From assembly GCF_006345805.1 (NCBI RefSeq), contig NC_043001.1, forward strand, positions 64,542,001-64,606,000: a DNA stretch of 64,000 bases. The letters are read 5' to 3'. Origin of the DNA: Octopus sinensis (taxonomy: Eukaryota). The translations under genes were made by a program, and so were the position numbers. This document shows positions 41,581-55,387 of this stretch, piece after piece. Under the pieces are notes generated by a model that made no database searches, was not told the origin of the DNA, and was given only the letters and a program-made list of their open reading frames with translations. Every line of letters begins with the position of its first letter. The first letter of the stretch is position 1.

Positions 41581-41912
41581 TGGAACTCTCAGAATGGCAG
41601 TTGATCTGGACACAAGCAGGTCAACACTTCAGTGTCTCAAAGTCAACTTACATCAAAAAAATCATTTGTGTTGTCAACATACATTGTTTGAAAGGTGTTC
41701 TCTAACAGTGAAATACAATATAATCACATTCTAGAACATATTAAGAATGAATATGTGTATAATTGCTTTGAATCTTGTTCAATGTGCACATGATAATTAC
41801 TATTTATTATGCCATACAATTAATCCGATTTATTTCACAAATATGTGTGTATATTTTTTACTAAGTTTCTGTTTATGAAAAGTAATTCATATATTAAAAA
41901 TGTCTTTTTTAG

Positions 41913-41989
41913 GTGCTTCTGTTAAGCCTCTCCAAATTGCAGCCAATAAAAATATTCAGGTTAAGAACTGTCCATGTGGTTATAATCAG
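41913..41989 (+). CDS. HORMAD1: Host exon with the first two PHD cysteines (HORMAD/Hop1-like)
   Basis: tcttttttag acceptor and CAG|GTAACA donor; G|ASVKPLQIAANKNIQVKNCPCGYNQ, phase 1 to 0. Confidence 0.7.
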
Positions 41990-42478
41990 GTAACAAGAAT
42001 GTTAATAATACTTTAAACAACTCTTTTCACATCTTTTTCAATGCTATTCAAAATCTTTTTTGATATATTTTCAATAATACATCCATACCATGGATACTTA
42101 TAACACAGTTGCTCAAAATATGAGCCAAGTCTCCTAAAAAGCATGCCCTACCATTATAAAGAGAAAAGAAGATATATTGAATAATGTGGTCTTATATGCA
42201 TTTTACTTGAAGGGAAAATACAGTTAGTTAAGGCTGTCCTTGATTATAGGCTTGTTTGGTCAAGTCTAACCTTGGATGATTAACACCTTATTGCTGAATG
42301 ACTCATTATTCTACAGATACAGGAATTTCTATGAAACTCTCTTGCAGATGTCATGCTTGGAAATTCTTACATTACAAATGTTAACAAACTCACTCAACAC
42401 CTCCTTTGCAATTGCAACTTCAGAAAGATCAGTTTAAGAAAATGAAATAAATATGAGAACTAGTACAAATTATTACTA

Positions 42479-42838
42479 CCATAAAAACCCATGTAATTTA
42501 TGCTCCTGTGTAATTTACACAGATGATTCTCAGGATAAAAATTGTTAAAAAAAAGCTTCTACTCATGTAAAATTCACATCCAAAAGTTTGCAGAATTGGC
42601 AATATGGCCAGGGGAAAAAGGTTTTCAATTTAGTTGTATTTAGCATAATTTCACTTACTTATGATTAGATTTTATTAAATTTTCATTTAATAAAAAGAAT
42701 TTCTGTTTAACAGGTATCACATTAAAAGCTATTAAATTACAGTGTTTGTATTGTTTATAATAAACTTTATTTTACATTTCTTGCCCACAAGAGATTATGT
42801 CTGATCTTTAGCATACTGCTGTATGTCTTCTCAAATGT
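42479..42838 (+). mobile_element. pogo-related terminal fragment
   Basis: ta|ccataaaaacccatgtaatt; reverse complement of 26805-27137 and similar to 59545-59720. Confidence 0.7.
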
Positions 42839-43233
42839 CCCTTAGCTGACCAGTCTCTCCATTCTCCATTGTTCAAAACATTTTCTAAGCATTACCCACT
42901 ATTCTCATCTTGGCCCCAAGGCTATATTTTGCTCAACTGTTTGTCCTTGTCCAGCATCCTAAATCACACTCTGTCATTTTTCTTGTTTTGTTTCATTTTG
43001 TTTGCTCTTGTGCCTAATTCTATGCAAGAAAAAAATTTTTTTTTGTGGGCACCACTAATTGGGAAGCATACAGTCTTATTGTCAAAGGTGCGAAACTGAA
43101 AAGTACCATTGGTCAATAATTGATGAAGAATTATGGACTTTCTGTTTGTCTCCTGTTTGTTTTTACATTCAGTATACGTTATGTCATTTGTTTATATATT
43201 TTTATTTATTTATCAAGTAATGGAACGCAACAC

Positions 43234-43289
43234 ACACCAAATTTTTATTAACAAGTAAGTTTATATTTATATATATATATATATAATAT

Positions 43290-43323
<34 letters not shown>

Positions 43324-43351
43324 AACTTACTTGTTAATAGAAATTTGGTGT
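43234..43351. repeat. About 32-bp inverted repeat around a (TA)n loop
   Basis: acaccaaatttttattaacaagtaagtttata pairs with tataaacttacttgttaatagaaatttggtgt. Confidence 0.85.
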
Positions 43352-43361
43352 TAATAGAAAT

Positions 43362-43655
43362 ATGTGGAGGCATAGTGGACTCTCGGTTGAAGGATCACGG
43401 TTTCGATTCCCAGACCAGGTGTTGTGTGTGTTTATTGAGCAAAAAACACCTAAATCCCCACGACGCTCCAGCAGGGGGTGGTGGCAACCCTTGTTGTACT
43501 CTTCCGCCTCAACTTTCTCTCACTCTTTCTTCCTGTTTCTTGAGTAATGCTGCGATGGACTGGCATCCCGTCCAGCTGGGGGGAACACATATGCTGGGAA
43601 ACTGGGAAAACGGGCCCATGAGCTTGGCTATGTTTGAAAAGGGTGCATAAATAAA
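43362..43655 (+). mobile_element. tRNA-derived SINE with a V-domain-like core (family C)
   Basis: B-box ggtttcgattccc; gctgcgatggactggcatcccgtccag resembles the V-SINE conserved block; A-rich tail. Confidence 0.65.
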
Positions 43656-43666
43656 AAATATATATA

Positions 43667-44327
43667 CCGTAAATCCTCAAATATAATCCGCACTTTTTTC
43701 CCAAAATTTAAAGGTCAAAATCCCTAGTGCGTACTATATACGAGGTTAAAAATGAAATTTATTTTCTAAGCAATGTCCGAGTCTCTATTTGCTGTCTGAC
43801 AATGTTTATTCAGATGTATTTTGTGATGTCGGGCATGAAAATACCTTAAGCTAAGCCTGAAAGCAATGAAATCATAAAAGAATCATCCATAACTTGCAGT
43901 AAGCAACATTTATTAAACGTTATTACTGTAATTTTTTTATTTTGTGCAAACAAAATGCACAAAAAAGCTACACATTTGCATTATGTTATATATACAATAA
44001 TAATAAAGGAGTCAAAACTATTAAAAAGGTTGCAAGACACAACGAAAATTTTAGGACAATAAAAATTAGAAAAACATGGAAATTTTACCGGTGTGTGTGT
44101 TACATAATAAGGCACAAAAAGAAAATGACTCTCCCCAGACATAATAGAATAATAAAGGACATTACTGTATACAGTTTTACAAACCAAGGACGTTATATAG
44201 ACCTCCTTGACTGAAGTTAGAGAAGGGATGCCTATTATACACAAGGTTTAGGTTTTTCAGAGTTACAGCCCCCTAAAAATCCCCTGCGTATTATACTTAA
44301 GGGTGGACGATACTCAAGGTTTTACAG
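43667..44327. mobile_element. Tc1/mariner-pogo-type MITE with TA flanks
   Basis: TIRs ccgtaaatcctcaaatataatccgcac and gggtggacgatactcaaggttttacag, with TA on both sides. Confidence 0.8.
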
Positions 44328-44329
44328 TA

Positions 44330-44492
44330 TATACGACAGGCTTCTTTCAGTTTCTGTCTACTAAATCCACTCACAAAGCTTTGGTCAATCTGAAGCTGTA
44401 GTAGAAGATGCCCGAGGTGCCAATCAGTGGGACGGAACCCAGAACCATGTCTTTGGTACACAAGCTACTTCACACCACCACTCCTCCACCTA
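44330..44492 (-). mobile_element. SINE family A, 5' half
   Basis: Matches 13921-14081. Confidence 0.8.
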
Positions 44493-44826
44493 TGTAATTA
44501 TTAAAACTTTTAAAATCTATCTCATTCTTACTTGCATACATAGATTGAGGATGAAGACAATGGTAGTGATCCCTGTGCCATATTTTATTTGTTGCAATAT
44601 TTTAAAAATATATATTTAACTTGTAGAAAATGTGAAGTAAATATATTTTCAACTTGTTATTACTACTTGATTGACTCCAGTCTAAATGTTACAAAAGTTA
44701 TGAGTATAACATCTACCCTGACTTTAATATTTTAAAATTCTAGATAGGTAAGCCATGTAAATCTCAAAATAGCACGATGACTATGAAGTAAGTGTTTGGT
44801 GAAGTAAATAAGATTTTGTGTGTGTA

Positions 44827-47800
44827 AATAATAATAATAATGAAATTATTGTATACAGTGCTCAGGTGCACCACAACTTGTCAGAAAGTGCGTATAAAGT
44901 GTATGCAGTAATGTACAAATGTCTGGAAAGCAAACAATGTATGAGTCAGATGCATGCTTGTGTGTGTATGGAGGGGAGGAAATCAGGTGTAGTGTTGGCG
45001 AATCTCAGAAAGCATGGAAGTTTTGAAGGATGCAGTGCGCCGACAACTAACAACCGATGCCGGCAGTTTGTTCCATGCTTCAGCAACTCTCAGCGTGAAA
45101 AAATGTTTCCTAAAGTCATGGGAGCTGTGCTGTTTTCTGACTTTGTAAATATGTCCACGGGTGCTAGACGGGTGGAGTTTGAAAAGGTGCTCAGAGTTAT
45201 TGTTTGTAAGATGGTTGATAATTTTATGGGTATCTGCCAAGTCAGCTGCCAGACATTGGAGTTTCAATGTGTCCATGCCCAGGGAAGTAAGGCGTTCAGA
45301 ATATGGCAAATGCCTGATGGAGGGTATTCTTTTGGTTGCACGTCGCTGAACGGCTTCCAAATGATTGATATCCTGGGCAAGATAGGGGTTCCAGACCGGT
45401 GATGCAAATTCCAGGTGAGGTCGCACCATAGCTATATAAAGCCGCAGATAGATAGTCGGAGAGCGGCTCACAAAGGATTTGGTGAGTGATGCCAAGACAC
45501 CCTCAGCCTTCTTGACAATTTTAGCGATGTGTTTTGTCCAACGCAAATCACTGTCGACAATAACACCCAGGTCACGTTCACATGAAGACTTTTTGAGATT
45601 AGTGTTGTGGAGGGAATAGGTGGACGCTGGGTTTCTCCTCCCAAAATGCATGGTGGTACATTTGTCCACAGCCAGCTTGAGTTGCCAGTCCGTGATCCAC
45701 TGCTGCATTGTGTCCAGGTCTGATTGCAATAGAGATCTATAGTGTACAGGATCTGACCTCTTTATTTTGAGGTACAGCTTGATGTCATCTGCATATTTCA
45801 GCACTGTGGCATTCTTTAAGTTGGCATCTATATCATTAACATATGCAACAAATAAAAGGGGGCCAAGAACAGATCCCTGTGGTACACCAGATGTCATCTC
45901 ATAGGGTGGAGAGTGCTGTCCTAGAACTGTGACAACTTCTTTTCGGCCGAAAATAAAGGACTTCAACCAGTTATAGAGTTCGTCTCTTACACCCAACACA
46001 GAGAGCTTAGAGTTAAAAGCCTTAGCAAAGTCCAGGTAAACAACATCCACCCAGGATCCGCGATCAGTGATTTGGATAACGTCCTCAAGAAACTCGATGA
46101 GTTGATTACAGCAGCTGGAGTTAGGAATAAATCCAAATTGTGACGGCTGGATGAGGCTGTGAGATTTCCAGAAGTTCCAGAGGGTTTCCCTGATACAGGA
46201 TTCCATCAGTTTGGCGATGCAGCTAGTAAGACAGGCGATGTGCTGTCACCTTTTTTGAACAGAGGGATAACACTGGCAGTTTTCCACTGCTCTGGAGTAA
46301 CACCATTGTCAAGACAGAATTGGAAGAATAGAGAAAGTTGGCTTAGAAGGAAGTGCCCACCGTGTTTGAGAAGTAGGTATGTAACACCATCGAGACCAGG
46401 AGAGGCATAGTTGCGTTTATTCTTAAGGTGGCGTTGTAGCATTGCTGGTGTTAATTGCATAGTAGATATAGAGTCCGATGTCAGTGATGATGAAGATGGA
46501 ACATTTTGGTCTTCGACAGTAAAGATGCCTGCATAGCATCCAGCAATGATTTCTGCACATTCTTTGGGATTGCCAGTAATCTGTCCTGTGTGGGAATTGC
46601 GAAGGAGACCAACTAGAGAGTGAGGTCTCTGCTTTGAGTGCACATACTTCCAGAACACTTTGCTGTCAGGGTTGGTTGCAATGCGTTGCTCAAATTCAAG
46701 CACTGCCTTTTTTGTCACCTGCTTGAGGTGGTTGGCTGACCTATTGCACTTTTTCCTGTTGATCTCTGATTTGTGCAATTTGTATTCCTGCTCAGCCTTA
46801 CGGCGTTCTTTCCTGGCAAGCCGGACTGCTGCAGTCTCCCAAATTGCACTATTGGGTGGTTTTTTTGTGCTTGTGTGGTACTGATGCTGCACATGCCGCC
46901 CATATTGAATTCAGAATGTTCTGGAGTATAGTGTCCACATCTCCAGAGGCATAAAATTCGAGCCAGTTTGGGCATTGCAGCTCAGTACAGTAAGAGCTCC
47001 AGTCTGCTTTATTCCAGTCAAAGCGGGCAGTCTGAAGATGGTTGTGGTTTTTGTTACAATCAATCAGAGACAAGTTGGCCATGATCATGGAATGATGAGA
47101 GTCACCTAAAGGTTCTTCATTAGTGACACTAATGATTGTTTCAGGAGAAGCGGTAAGTAGCAAATCCAAAGTGTTGTTACCCCTTGTGGGGGAGGTAACG
47201 ACTTGGGACCAATTTGAATTCAGCACCAGTTCGAGGAAATCGTCTGCACTTTGCAGCTAACGGAAGGCCTCCCAGTCAATCTCAGGGAAATTGAAGTCGC
47301 CCGCAATATAAACATATGTGGCTGTTTTCATGGCAGCAGCTCTGAGGATATCAAAAAGCTGTGCGTCTTGATGATAATTTGGGGGGCAGTAAACAACTCC
47401 AAGCAGAAGTGTTGACATGGTCATGTATATTTTGCAGAAAAATACTTCCTGCTGAGATTGGTTCAAATCATCACAAGGGATTGCCGATAGATTTGATCGA
47501 ACATAAATCATCGCACCCCCTCCATGGCGATTAATGTGGTCTTTGCGGAACAGGTTGTAGCCAGCTATGCTGAAAACTCCATCACAGAGTGCAGAATGTG
47601 CCCATGTTTCCGTGACTGTGATGAAATCTGGGTTGATACTTTTGACATAAGAGTCAAAAAGATGCACCTTGTTGCATAAACTACGGGCATTCAAGGGCAG
47701 CAGTTTGTATCTGGATTTCAGATGGTGATGATATACAGGGGATGGCTGATTGTTCTTGGTTAGTTTCCCAAGATTTTTGTATTGCCAGTTGTTGTTGTGG

Positions 47801-49620
47801 GTGCAGTTTGCTCAGTCCAACTGGTATCCCTTATCCATGACTCACCAGACTTGACAAATTTCCAGATTTGCCCATCATCGTGGAGGCTAAAACTTTTCTG
47901 TGGCATAGAGCTACAGATCTTAGCTTTGGGCATACATCAGGTGGTAGGCCAGGACGTGTCCTAAAGTTGATTATGTTGTCGCGCTGAGCTCTATCAGCAG
48001 CCAGATGGAATGCCCGCGCCTCAGTAAAGTTTGTAAACATCAGCCTGGGTTTGGATCCTGGTTGGCCAAGGCGGAAAGCACTTTTTGGAGGAACACAGCT
48101 GAGATCCTTAGCTGTGTTTCCAATGAATGCCTGCAGATCTGCCACACCTTCCAGCACTCTGATGGCTATTACTTCATGAGTGGTTGGTTCAGCAACTCCC
48201 TCTATGCGTTGAGATTCTGTATGAGCTACAGGTAAGTTGCTGAGCAAGGCACTCCGATTAGACCCTTCGCTGTGAGTTTTCGCACAGACGCTGGTTCTGA
48301 TTCCTGCTATTTCACGACTCAAAGCAGAAATCATTTGTCTAATTTCTGCAACTTCTGTGCTGATGGTCGATTTCTGCTTTAGTTGAGAAGTATCATGGTT
48401 GGCTTTTGTTCCTGCTGATGTACTTCAGCTGGAATGATCAATTTTTGTTGTCAAAGAGCAATAGGGGAGGAAGACACAGGGGGCTTAAGTTTCTGTTTTT
48501 GTTGATGTTCTTCAACAGGAATGGCCGATTTTTGTTGCTGCTGTTGAAGAGTGACAGGGGAGGAAGACAAGGGCGGCTTTAGTTTTTGCTGTTGTTCTTC
48601 ATCAACAGGACTGGTTTTGGGGGACAAAGTAGTAGGTTTTTGCTGTTCAGCAGCAATGGCAGCGGAAGACACGGTTGTTGGGTTTTGTTGTTGCTGTTCA
48701 GCAGCAATGGTGGCAGGGGACACACAAGTCAGGCACTGAAATGACCAGTTTGGTAGCTGGACCATTTCCCAGAGTTTATCTATCATAGAAGTATGGTGTC
48801 CTTTCTTTTGACCTGGGATCTTCTGAAAGTTTGTGGCACATTGAAAGCAGATCGAAACACAACATTTACTGCATTCAACCCATCTGTTTTGGAAGGAATT
48901 TTCGAGTTTTGTGCATAGATGACAGATGTGGTTTGCCAGGCAACGTTCTATTTTAGGACAGCGACCAGTCTTGTTGCACGGCTCATCCACAGATGATATC
49001 GTGGCAGTTTTGTTCTGTCTGCCCATCCGTACCGTAGTGCAAGGTAAACAAAGAAAGAAAATAAAAAAAAAATTTTTTAAATAAAGTGAAGATATAGCAC
49101 ACTTGTTAGGGAGATAAATAAGATGTTATCTGTTGTTGTTATTGTTGTTAACTGTTTTCACTTTCCCCATTGTATGTGTGTATACAAGATGCAATTATAT
49201 GTGTAATCAAGAGATGTAAGGAGTCAATGGTTGGTGTGTTTATAATGCACGCACTTGTTAGAGAGATAAATAATATCTTATTTTTCGTTGTTAACTGTTC
49301 CCGCTTCCCTCATTGTATATGTGTGTATAAAACAATACAATTATATGTACAATCAAAAGATGTAAGGATACAATGGTTGGTGAAGAAGAAAGTATGATTT
49401 GAATTCGCTTTGTGTATATATTTGTGTGTGGTGCGTGCTGATATATAAAACTGTGTGTATGGGTGTTCTAGAGAAACTGTGTGTATGGTTTTTCTAGAAC
49501 TCGGGATGTACTTACAGTTATCTTTACGAAATAGAATGGCGTGTTTTCGATCGTGTTTTGCTAGACATGGTAACACAGATTTACGGCAAGGAGACACATG
49601 CATATAGTTACATGTCTAGA
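44827..49620 (-). mobile_element. Second near full-length CR1-type LINE (ORF1 PHD-like; ORF2 APE-RT), (ATT)n tail
   Basis: ORF1 CHLC..CSKC..C..C..QCLTC; ORF2 NARSLCNK..TETW, AGDFNFP, VYLDFAKAF, VPQGSVLGPLLF, YADDIK, LEAVQRRATK. The 5' limit is approximate. Confidence 0.88.
49097..49382. repeat. Diverged tandem duplication of about 152 bp in the LINE 5' UTR
   Basis: cacttgttag(g/a)gagataaataa...gatgtaagga..caatggttggtg occurs twice. Confidence 0.8.
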
Positions 49621-49859
49621 CATGCTCATATATACTTAAATGATAAACTTCTGGAAACTTTTTCAGAGTTTTACAGTTTCAGTGATGACTTGGATCCGTA
49701 ATATTTGAGTCAGCTTTTTCCAGTCTGGTTTTGAGGAAACCAATTTCTCAACATTGTTATTTAGGCAGTGATTGGTACTTATTCTATTCCCCCAATAATT
49801 ACAGGTATAAACCTGAACATATAATCTGGATAGAATAACTGTAGATTTCTCAATAGTTC

Positions 49860-50600
49860 AGTGTAGATATTTTCATTTTCGTTGCTTAACATGCACTGGA
49901 CAGCTGATTTCCACAACTTTGCAGTTTCTCTTCTCTGTCCCAAATCACTATGTCAAGTTTACTATGTTTACATTTTATTGAGGTTTTGATTGGGACATTC
50001 CACCAGTACTCCCTTTTATTATGAGTAGCTATGGTTCTACCATATTGTGGGTTCTTATTTCTTTGGCCTCAGGGTCATCCTTCCAAAGGTCTCATTATAC
50101 AGTGTCCTAGCTATATCATGTCTCATCAGTAGATGGCATTTTCAGACAACTGCTTAGGTTGTGAGTGATATCTTTGGTGTTAACTCCACAAAGTCTGCAT
50201 GGTAATCACATTTTCCTGCATCTCTGTCCTTTTTGTGCATCAGGTATTTTGTTGATATTTCCTGTTCCTGGATTGCAATTGCATATCCTTCAAAGTAGGA
50301 GTTAGTAATCTGGTTGTTGACCATAATAGACTGCTTTGAGGATCAATGTTACTATCATCCTGGAGTTTTCTACTGACATATTCATGCATATCTTCTGCTG
50401 ATAAATGTTCATCCTTTCATCTGATATGTTGCAGTAAAGTTGTGCGACTTCTTTGGGCATGTATTTAAGGTTACCAGACAAGGAATACTGCTCAAGGAGC
50501 TGCTTTCCAAGTCTCATGATGTTATTAGCCTCATGTATGCAAACTTGGTCAAAAGATACACTTCAAAACTTGGTGGTTAAAAGATGTTGCCAAAAGGATA
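49860..50600 (-). pseudogene. Dong/R4-type (RLE endonuclease) non-LTR fragment
   Basis: FEGYAIAIQEQEISTKYL, an RHD motif and KHSKLDIVIWDREE (decayed PD-(D/E)xK domain). Confidence 0.7.
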
Positions 50601-50677
50601 TGATATGACATCCAAAGGCATTTGGATTGATGATGATGATACATATATATATATGTATATATACATATATATGTATA

Positions 50678-52093
50678 CTAGCTGATGTACCCAGTAATTC
50701 CTGGAAAAATGGGGCTTATCCCTTGGTTGTATTCTCATAATTGTTTCACTAATCCAATAACAACAATGCTAAGTAGGTAACCCATAAAACGGATTTTGTG
50801 CATTTACAGAGAATACTGAACTGTTTTACACAGGATCTTGTTTTTAGGAATTCCCAATAAGTTATGAATACCCAAATTTTGAAGTCAGTTATGTAATAAC
50901 CAAATGTGGAATTGCCTTGATCTCCCGTAGCTTGCACTTGGATGTCCAGGCCAAGTAATGCCTCATTGTAAATAGTGTTATTGAACGTGGTAATTTCCGC
51001 TGAGGTTTGCCTTTGAATCCTTTCTAGATGTCCTCTGCCATGCTGGTTTTGTGGATCGCCAAAAGCTTGTGGGTTCATGCAAGCTACATGTAATCAACAT
51101 GGGGGAAAATAGCTGGCACAGTTGACTTTGTACTGTGCTGACTGCTGCCTCCTCCAGTGTCTGGTCTCAGTGAGCATTGTCCTCCAATAGTCCATGTTTG
51201 GCACAGGCTTCTCTGTAGGTCGTGCACGCTTCCCCATTGTGTCTTCGAAGTCTGTGAATGATGGAGAACCTCTGACAATGTGCAGCAGTAGATGCAGAAA
51301 GAAGCACTCCTGCTGATTAGGGTGCACAGTGTACACTCACCCAATGGCCCCACTTCTGAAGACAGCATCTTCTTCCCAGCCCTCAATGCATATTCCTTGC
51401 TTACATCTGTTCCATTTATTGTGTGCCCAGGTATAGTACACGGCGACCTCAACATATAACAGTGCTTGGGGAAACAGATCACATTGGCATAATTTGAAGG
51501 AAGCTCTCAAAATGGTTTCTGATGTATTCAGAACTAGGTTTTGAACATTGTCTTCTTTGAAATATACATGCTGGTCATTTTCAAGATGTACAGATAAATT
51601 TTAAGAAGGTGTTCCTACATGTACACAGGGTGTGACCTTTGTGTTGACAGTGCATTTGTCTAAAAGCAGAACAGTTCTTCATGCAGCACTTGTCAATTGG
51701 CTGAAGTGACATAAAAAGCTTCGTCATTTATTGTATAGTCATGAATAAGTCACTGACTTATTTCCTATTGTTTAGGAAAATACTATTTACTTGTTTAAGG
51801 GTTGTGCTGGATAAATTGCGAAAATAACTCCTACAGTTCAAATACCAAGAAATAAGCATACTCAATTTGATTTATACCAAATAATATAGGAAAATGAATG
51901 GGTTATTTTCCTTGGCTGTTGAATAGTTACATATAAGGATCCTTCCAGGGGCCCTATTATCTATTTTTTTCAACAATCTGAGTATGCCATGAGGTTTCCA
52001 GATATGAGTTCTACTCACATATCAAGTTTCATCAAAATTGATGAAACAATGTAGAAGTTAGCTAACACACACACACACACACACATATATATA
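50678..52093 (-). mobile_element. Helitron copy A (internally deleted)
   Basis: 3' CTAG at 50678 with a subterminal hairpin. Collinear with copy B but lacks about 1.8 kb (52317-54121) at junction 50900/50901. Confidence 0.85.
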
Positions 52094-55000
52094 CTAGCTG
52101 ATATACCCGGTAATTCTGAGAAAAGTGGGGCTTATCCCTTGGTTCCATTCTCATAATTATTTCTCTAATCCAATAACAACAATACAAAGTATGTAGCCCT
52201 TAAAATGGTTTTTGTGCATTTACAGCGAGTACCGAACTGTCTTACATAGGATCTTGTTTTTAGGAATTCCCAATAAGTTATGAATACCCAAATTGTGAAG
52301 TCAGTTACATAATAACGTGAAATTAGTTGCCTATTAGTAAGAATTCAAATAAAGTAGCCCAAAAAAAGGCTTTAATGTGTTCCCAGAGTGTAAAGAACTT
52401 AGGAGGAAATACTAATAAGGTATGTATACCAAAATCGTGAAGCATGTTACATAATTACAGGCTAATCAGATATGAGATAATAACAATTCAAAGTAAATAA
52501 CTCTGAAAAGGGCTTTTGTGTGTTCCCAGAGAATATAACCCTTAGGGGCACTGGTGTTGAAATGGATTTACAATGAATGTAGAAACAGACCAACATTTAG
52601 TTTTACAGTAGGCATACAAATAAATTTGCATATAGATTTTAAAATAAAATGACATGTAGATTATCAATACATTTACAACACTTACAAATATTACAGGTAA
52701 ATAATAAATACCTGATGATTTGGTGAATCGTATTAAGTTTTTAGAGCTCCTTGATAAACAACATTTTTGATCTTTTTTTGTGGGGCATAAATAAACAAAT
52801 GATTTAGGATTGCCAACTCTTGAGCCTCCCACATAAAGTTGGCTATGAGAGTAATCTGGTTCTGCAAGGTTCAGACCTACCACATCCAAGAACTGCCCCT
52901 GGGCTTTGTTAATACTCATTGCAAAGCTCATTTTCAATGGGAATTGCAGGCACTTGTACTGGAAATGCATATCTGAGGGAACAAGTAAAATTCTAGGAAT
53001 GAATACAGGCTCACCACTTGCTTTATCAGTCAAAATTGTTGTCTCCAAGATTGTTGGCATCATCTTCTTTATTATAAGTTGTGTACCATTGCAAAGCTTG
53101 CTGGATCAAGGTTTCGAAGCAGCATAACCAGTGCTCCAATGTTGAGGTACAAATTGTGAGGTGGGAGGCCAGGTGGTGTTAGACTATTCAAGAATTCAAC
53201 TGGATAATTCACAGCTTCATCGATTTCAAGTACAGTGTCAATGGAATTGTAGATGTGACGCTCACCTGGCAACTGTTCCAGAAGTTTAAAGTTCAAATCA
53301 TCAACTGCCACATACTTTGGAGCTAAAATGGCATGGGTTTTCAGCCAGTTGTGGCCTGTAAATTGATTCCTCAGGTAAACTGATTCCTTATTCATCAGTT
53401 CCTTTAAATCATATACCAAATATCCAAAAGGCAAGCTTACCTGGCCATCGTGCTGCACTCTCATGCTGGTTGTGAGTCTTAGCTTTTGCACACTGCTCCA
53501 TAGGTAGGACAACTTTATACTGGAATTTACTTCATTAGCTCTTGTCCCCTTTGGAACCATGAGAAGGGTTTGTCTAAGGTCTCTTACAAGCAGAACTGTG
53601 GCACCTCTCATGAGCCTGGTGTTGTGTCTCAGATCGTGAAGGGCCATATCAAGAGCTTCAAAGGAAACTTCATGGCTCATTGTCACTTCATCCCAGATGA
53701 TCAACCTGCATTCACCCAGAAGTTTGCCTTTTATGGAACCACAACTGATGTTGCAGTTTGCCTTCTCTTTCTTGGACAGGCCAAAAGGGAGTTTGAAACA
53801 GGAATGAGCTGTGCAGCCACCACTTAGCAGAGTTGCAGCTATTCCACTTGATGCCACTGCTATGGTAATGTGTTTCATTTGGTGCAGTTTAGCCAGAAGA
53901 AGGTTGATGACAAATGTTTTTGCCAGTTCCATCTGAGCATCCACAAAGATAAGACCTCTTTCATTTTCACTGCTCAAAATAATATAAACATCCAGTTGGT
54001 TCTCCATCAGTTTATGTTCTTTATCAGCTATTATACGCTGTCATTTCCTTGATGTCATAGTTGATTTCTTGCAGGTACTCAATTGCAAGATTGTTTGCTG
54101 CCTCCTTCAATTGAGGCAGACCAAATGTGGAATTGCCTTGACCTCCGATAGCTTGCACTTGGGTGTCCAGGTCAAGTAATGTTTCATTGTAAATGGCTTT
54201 ATTGAACCCTAATTTCCACTGAGGTTTGCCTTTGAATCCTTTCTAGATGTCCTCTGCCATGCTGGTTTTGTGGGTCACCCAAAGCTCGAGAGGTTCATGC
54301 AAGCTACATGTCATTAACATGATAGAAAATAGCTGGTGCAGTTGACTTAGTGTTGTGCTGACTGTTGCCTTTTCCAGTGTCTGGTCCCAGTGAGCATCGT
54401 CCTCCAGTAGTCCATGTTTGGTGCAGGCTTCTCTGTAGGTCATGCACACTTCCCCATTGTGTCTTAGAAAGTCTGTGAATGATGGAGAACCTCTGATAGT
54501 GTGCAGCAGTAGATGCAGAAAGAAGCACTCCTGCTGATTAGGGTGCATCCCGCCTGATGGCTCCACTTCTGAAGACAGAATCTTCTTCCCAGCCCTCAGC
54601 GTGTGCTCCTTATGTCTGTTCTTTCTATTGTGTGACTAGGTATAGTACAAGGGACCTCTACATGCAACGGTGTTCAGACAAACAGATTACATTGGCATAA
54701 TTTGAAGGAAGTTGTCAAAGTGGTTTCTGATGCATTCAGAACTAGGTTTTGAGTATTGTCTTCTGTGAAATATACATGCTGGCCATCTTCAAGACGTACA
54801 GGTAGATTTTAAGGTGTTCCTACATGTAAACAGGGTGTGACTTTTGTGATCATAGTGCATTTGTCTAAAAGCAGAACAGTTCTTCATGCAGCACTTGTCA
54901 ATTGGCTGAAGTGACATAAAAAACTTCGTTATTTATTGTATAGTCATGAATAAGTCACTGACTTATTTCCTATTGTTTAGGAAAGTGCTATTTACTTGTT

Positions 55001-55130
55001 TAAGGGTTGTACTGGGTAAATTGCGAAAATAACTCTAACAGTTCAAATACCAAGAAATAAGCATACTCAATTTGATTTATACCAAATATTACAGGAAAAT
55101 GAATGGGTTATTTCCCTTGGTTGTTAAACT
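52094..55130 (-). mobile_element. Helitron copy B with RepHel/PIF1 helicase remnant
   Basis: 3' CTAG at 52094. PIF1 motifs AVASSGIAATLL.GG.TAHS.FKLP, IIWDE, DLRQTL, PPGLPPH.L.L, QFPL..SFAMSINKAQGQ, QLYVGGSRV. Confidence 0.9.
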
Positions 55131-55387
55131 AAAATATATTGGTTATATATGTGGATCACTTTTAGATTTTTCTTAAACTTCAGTGAGCTTAGTAACAAAC
55201 TGGATGTTACTTTAACATGTTTACAAAGTTTCAAGAAAATTCGTCAACAGGTGTAGTTGACAGAAAAACATATGTATAAGATATATATATATATATATAT
55301 ATGAATGTATGTATGTGTCTCTATGTATAGGTATATATACATATATTTTATTGTATGTATATATATATATATATATATATACATGTA

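Noticed and set aside
44818-45402. 194-aa + strand ORF and similar antisense ORFs over LINE coding regions
   Set aside because: They are shadow frames antisense to RT ORFs with no recognisable motifs.
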